DNA of 63,882 nucleotides, filler included, from Choristocarpus tenellus KU-1152 (lineage: Eukaryota > Protista > Phaeophyceae): NCBI GenBank assembly GCA_964200185.2. It is 13 parts of 13 records of this genome, joined end to end, with 100 filler letters (N's around TTAATTAATTAA, not from the genome) between each part and the next. Parts side by side here need not be neighbours in the genome. Positions count along the whole stretch, not along the records: positions 58,433 to 63,882 come from CAXNAD020010735.1; 12 more parts are not named here. One strand, written 5' to 3'. The stretch's first letter is position 1. Each line of letters begins with the position of its first letter. The notes below the pieces were generated by a model. That model was not told the DNA's origin, did no database searches, and saw nothing but the letters and a program-made list of their open reading frames with translations. This document shows positions 63,666 to 63,882 of the stretch, piece after piece. Both the position numbers and the translations under genes were made by a program.

Positions 63666-63882
63666 GAAGATGAACTCACTACAGTGAATCGTGAATTGTA
63701 AGTCATTTTTATATGGTAATCAGATGACGCACTCTTAGAAGAAGATATTTGGTCTTGACATATATCTCATCATTAGTAGGATGCCTACGAAAGGCAGAGC
63801 ACGAAAACAGAGAGAACTTAATAAAATCAGGGTCAAAGTGTCTGGGGGGGGGGGGTGTCGGCATCCGTATTTCACTTTTTTG

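Overview
Eukaryotic, intron-rich genomic DNA, not prokaryotic. The gene set and the TTAGGG tracts suggest a flagellated, brown-algal-like stramenopile (inference). The window is 13 contigs joined by 12 identical artificial 100-nt linkers (44 N + TTAATTAATTAA + 44 N), so adjacency across linkers means nothing. By manual splicing I support: an ammonium transporter, a mitochondrial MiaB/CDK5RAP1 (5' part), a complete 2OG-Fe(II) oxygenase, a long-chain acyl-CoA synthetase ending in PTS1 -SRL (3' part), organellar IleRS exons, an EF-hand protein, Sfi1-like exons, a choline-transporter-like protein (3' part), CFAP20 (5' part), a CysRS C-terminal exon, a beta-propeller/Pro-Thr stalk/TM protein, and a few hypothetical genes. 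Non-genic DNA holds decayed pogo-, hAT-, piggyBac- and Gypsy-like remnants, minisatellites, interstitial telomeric repeats and a family of short TIR elements (G-N-N-Y-CAAAGTAT ends, 3-4 bp TSDs). Three observations stand out. (i) One TIR-element copy duplicated an AGGT site inside a ~215-codon frame and could be spliced out exactly (introner-like). (ii) At least four phase-required GC-AG introns occur among roughly 35 donors. (iii) A MITE is nested in one arm of a ~1 kb long-inverted-repeat element. No CRISPR, rRNA or tRNA was recognised. All calls come from reading the sequence by eye; no database search was run.
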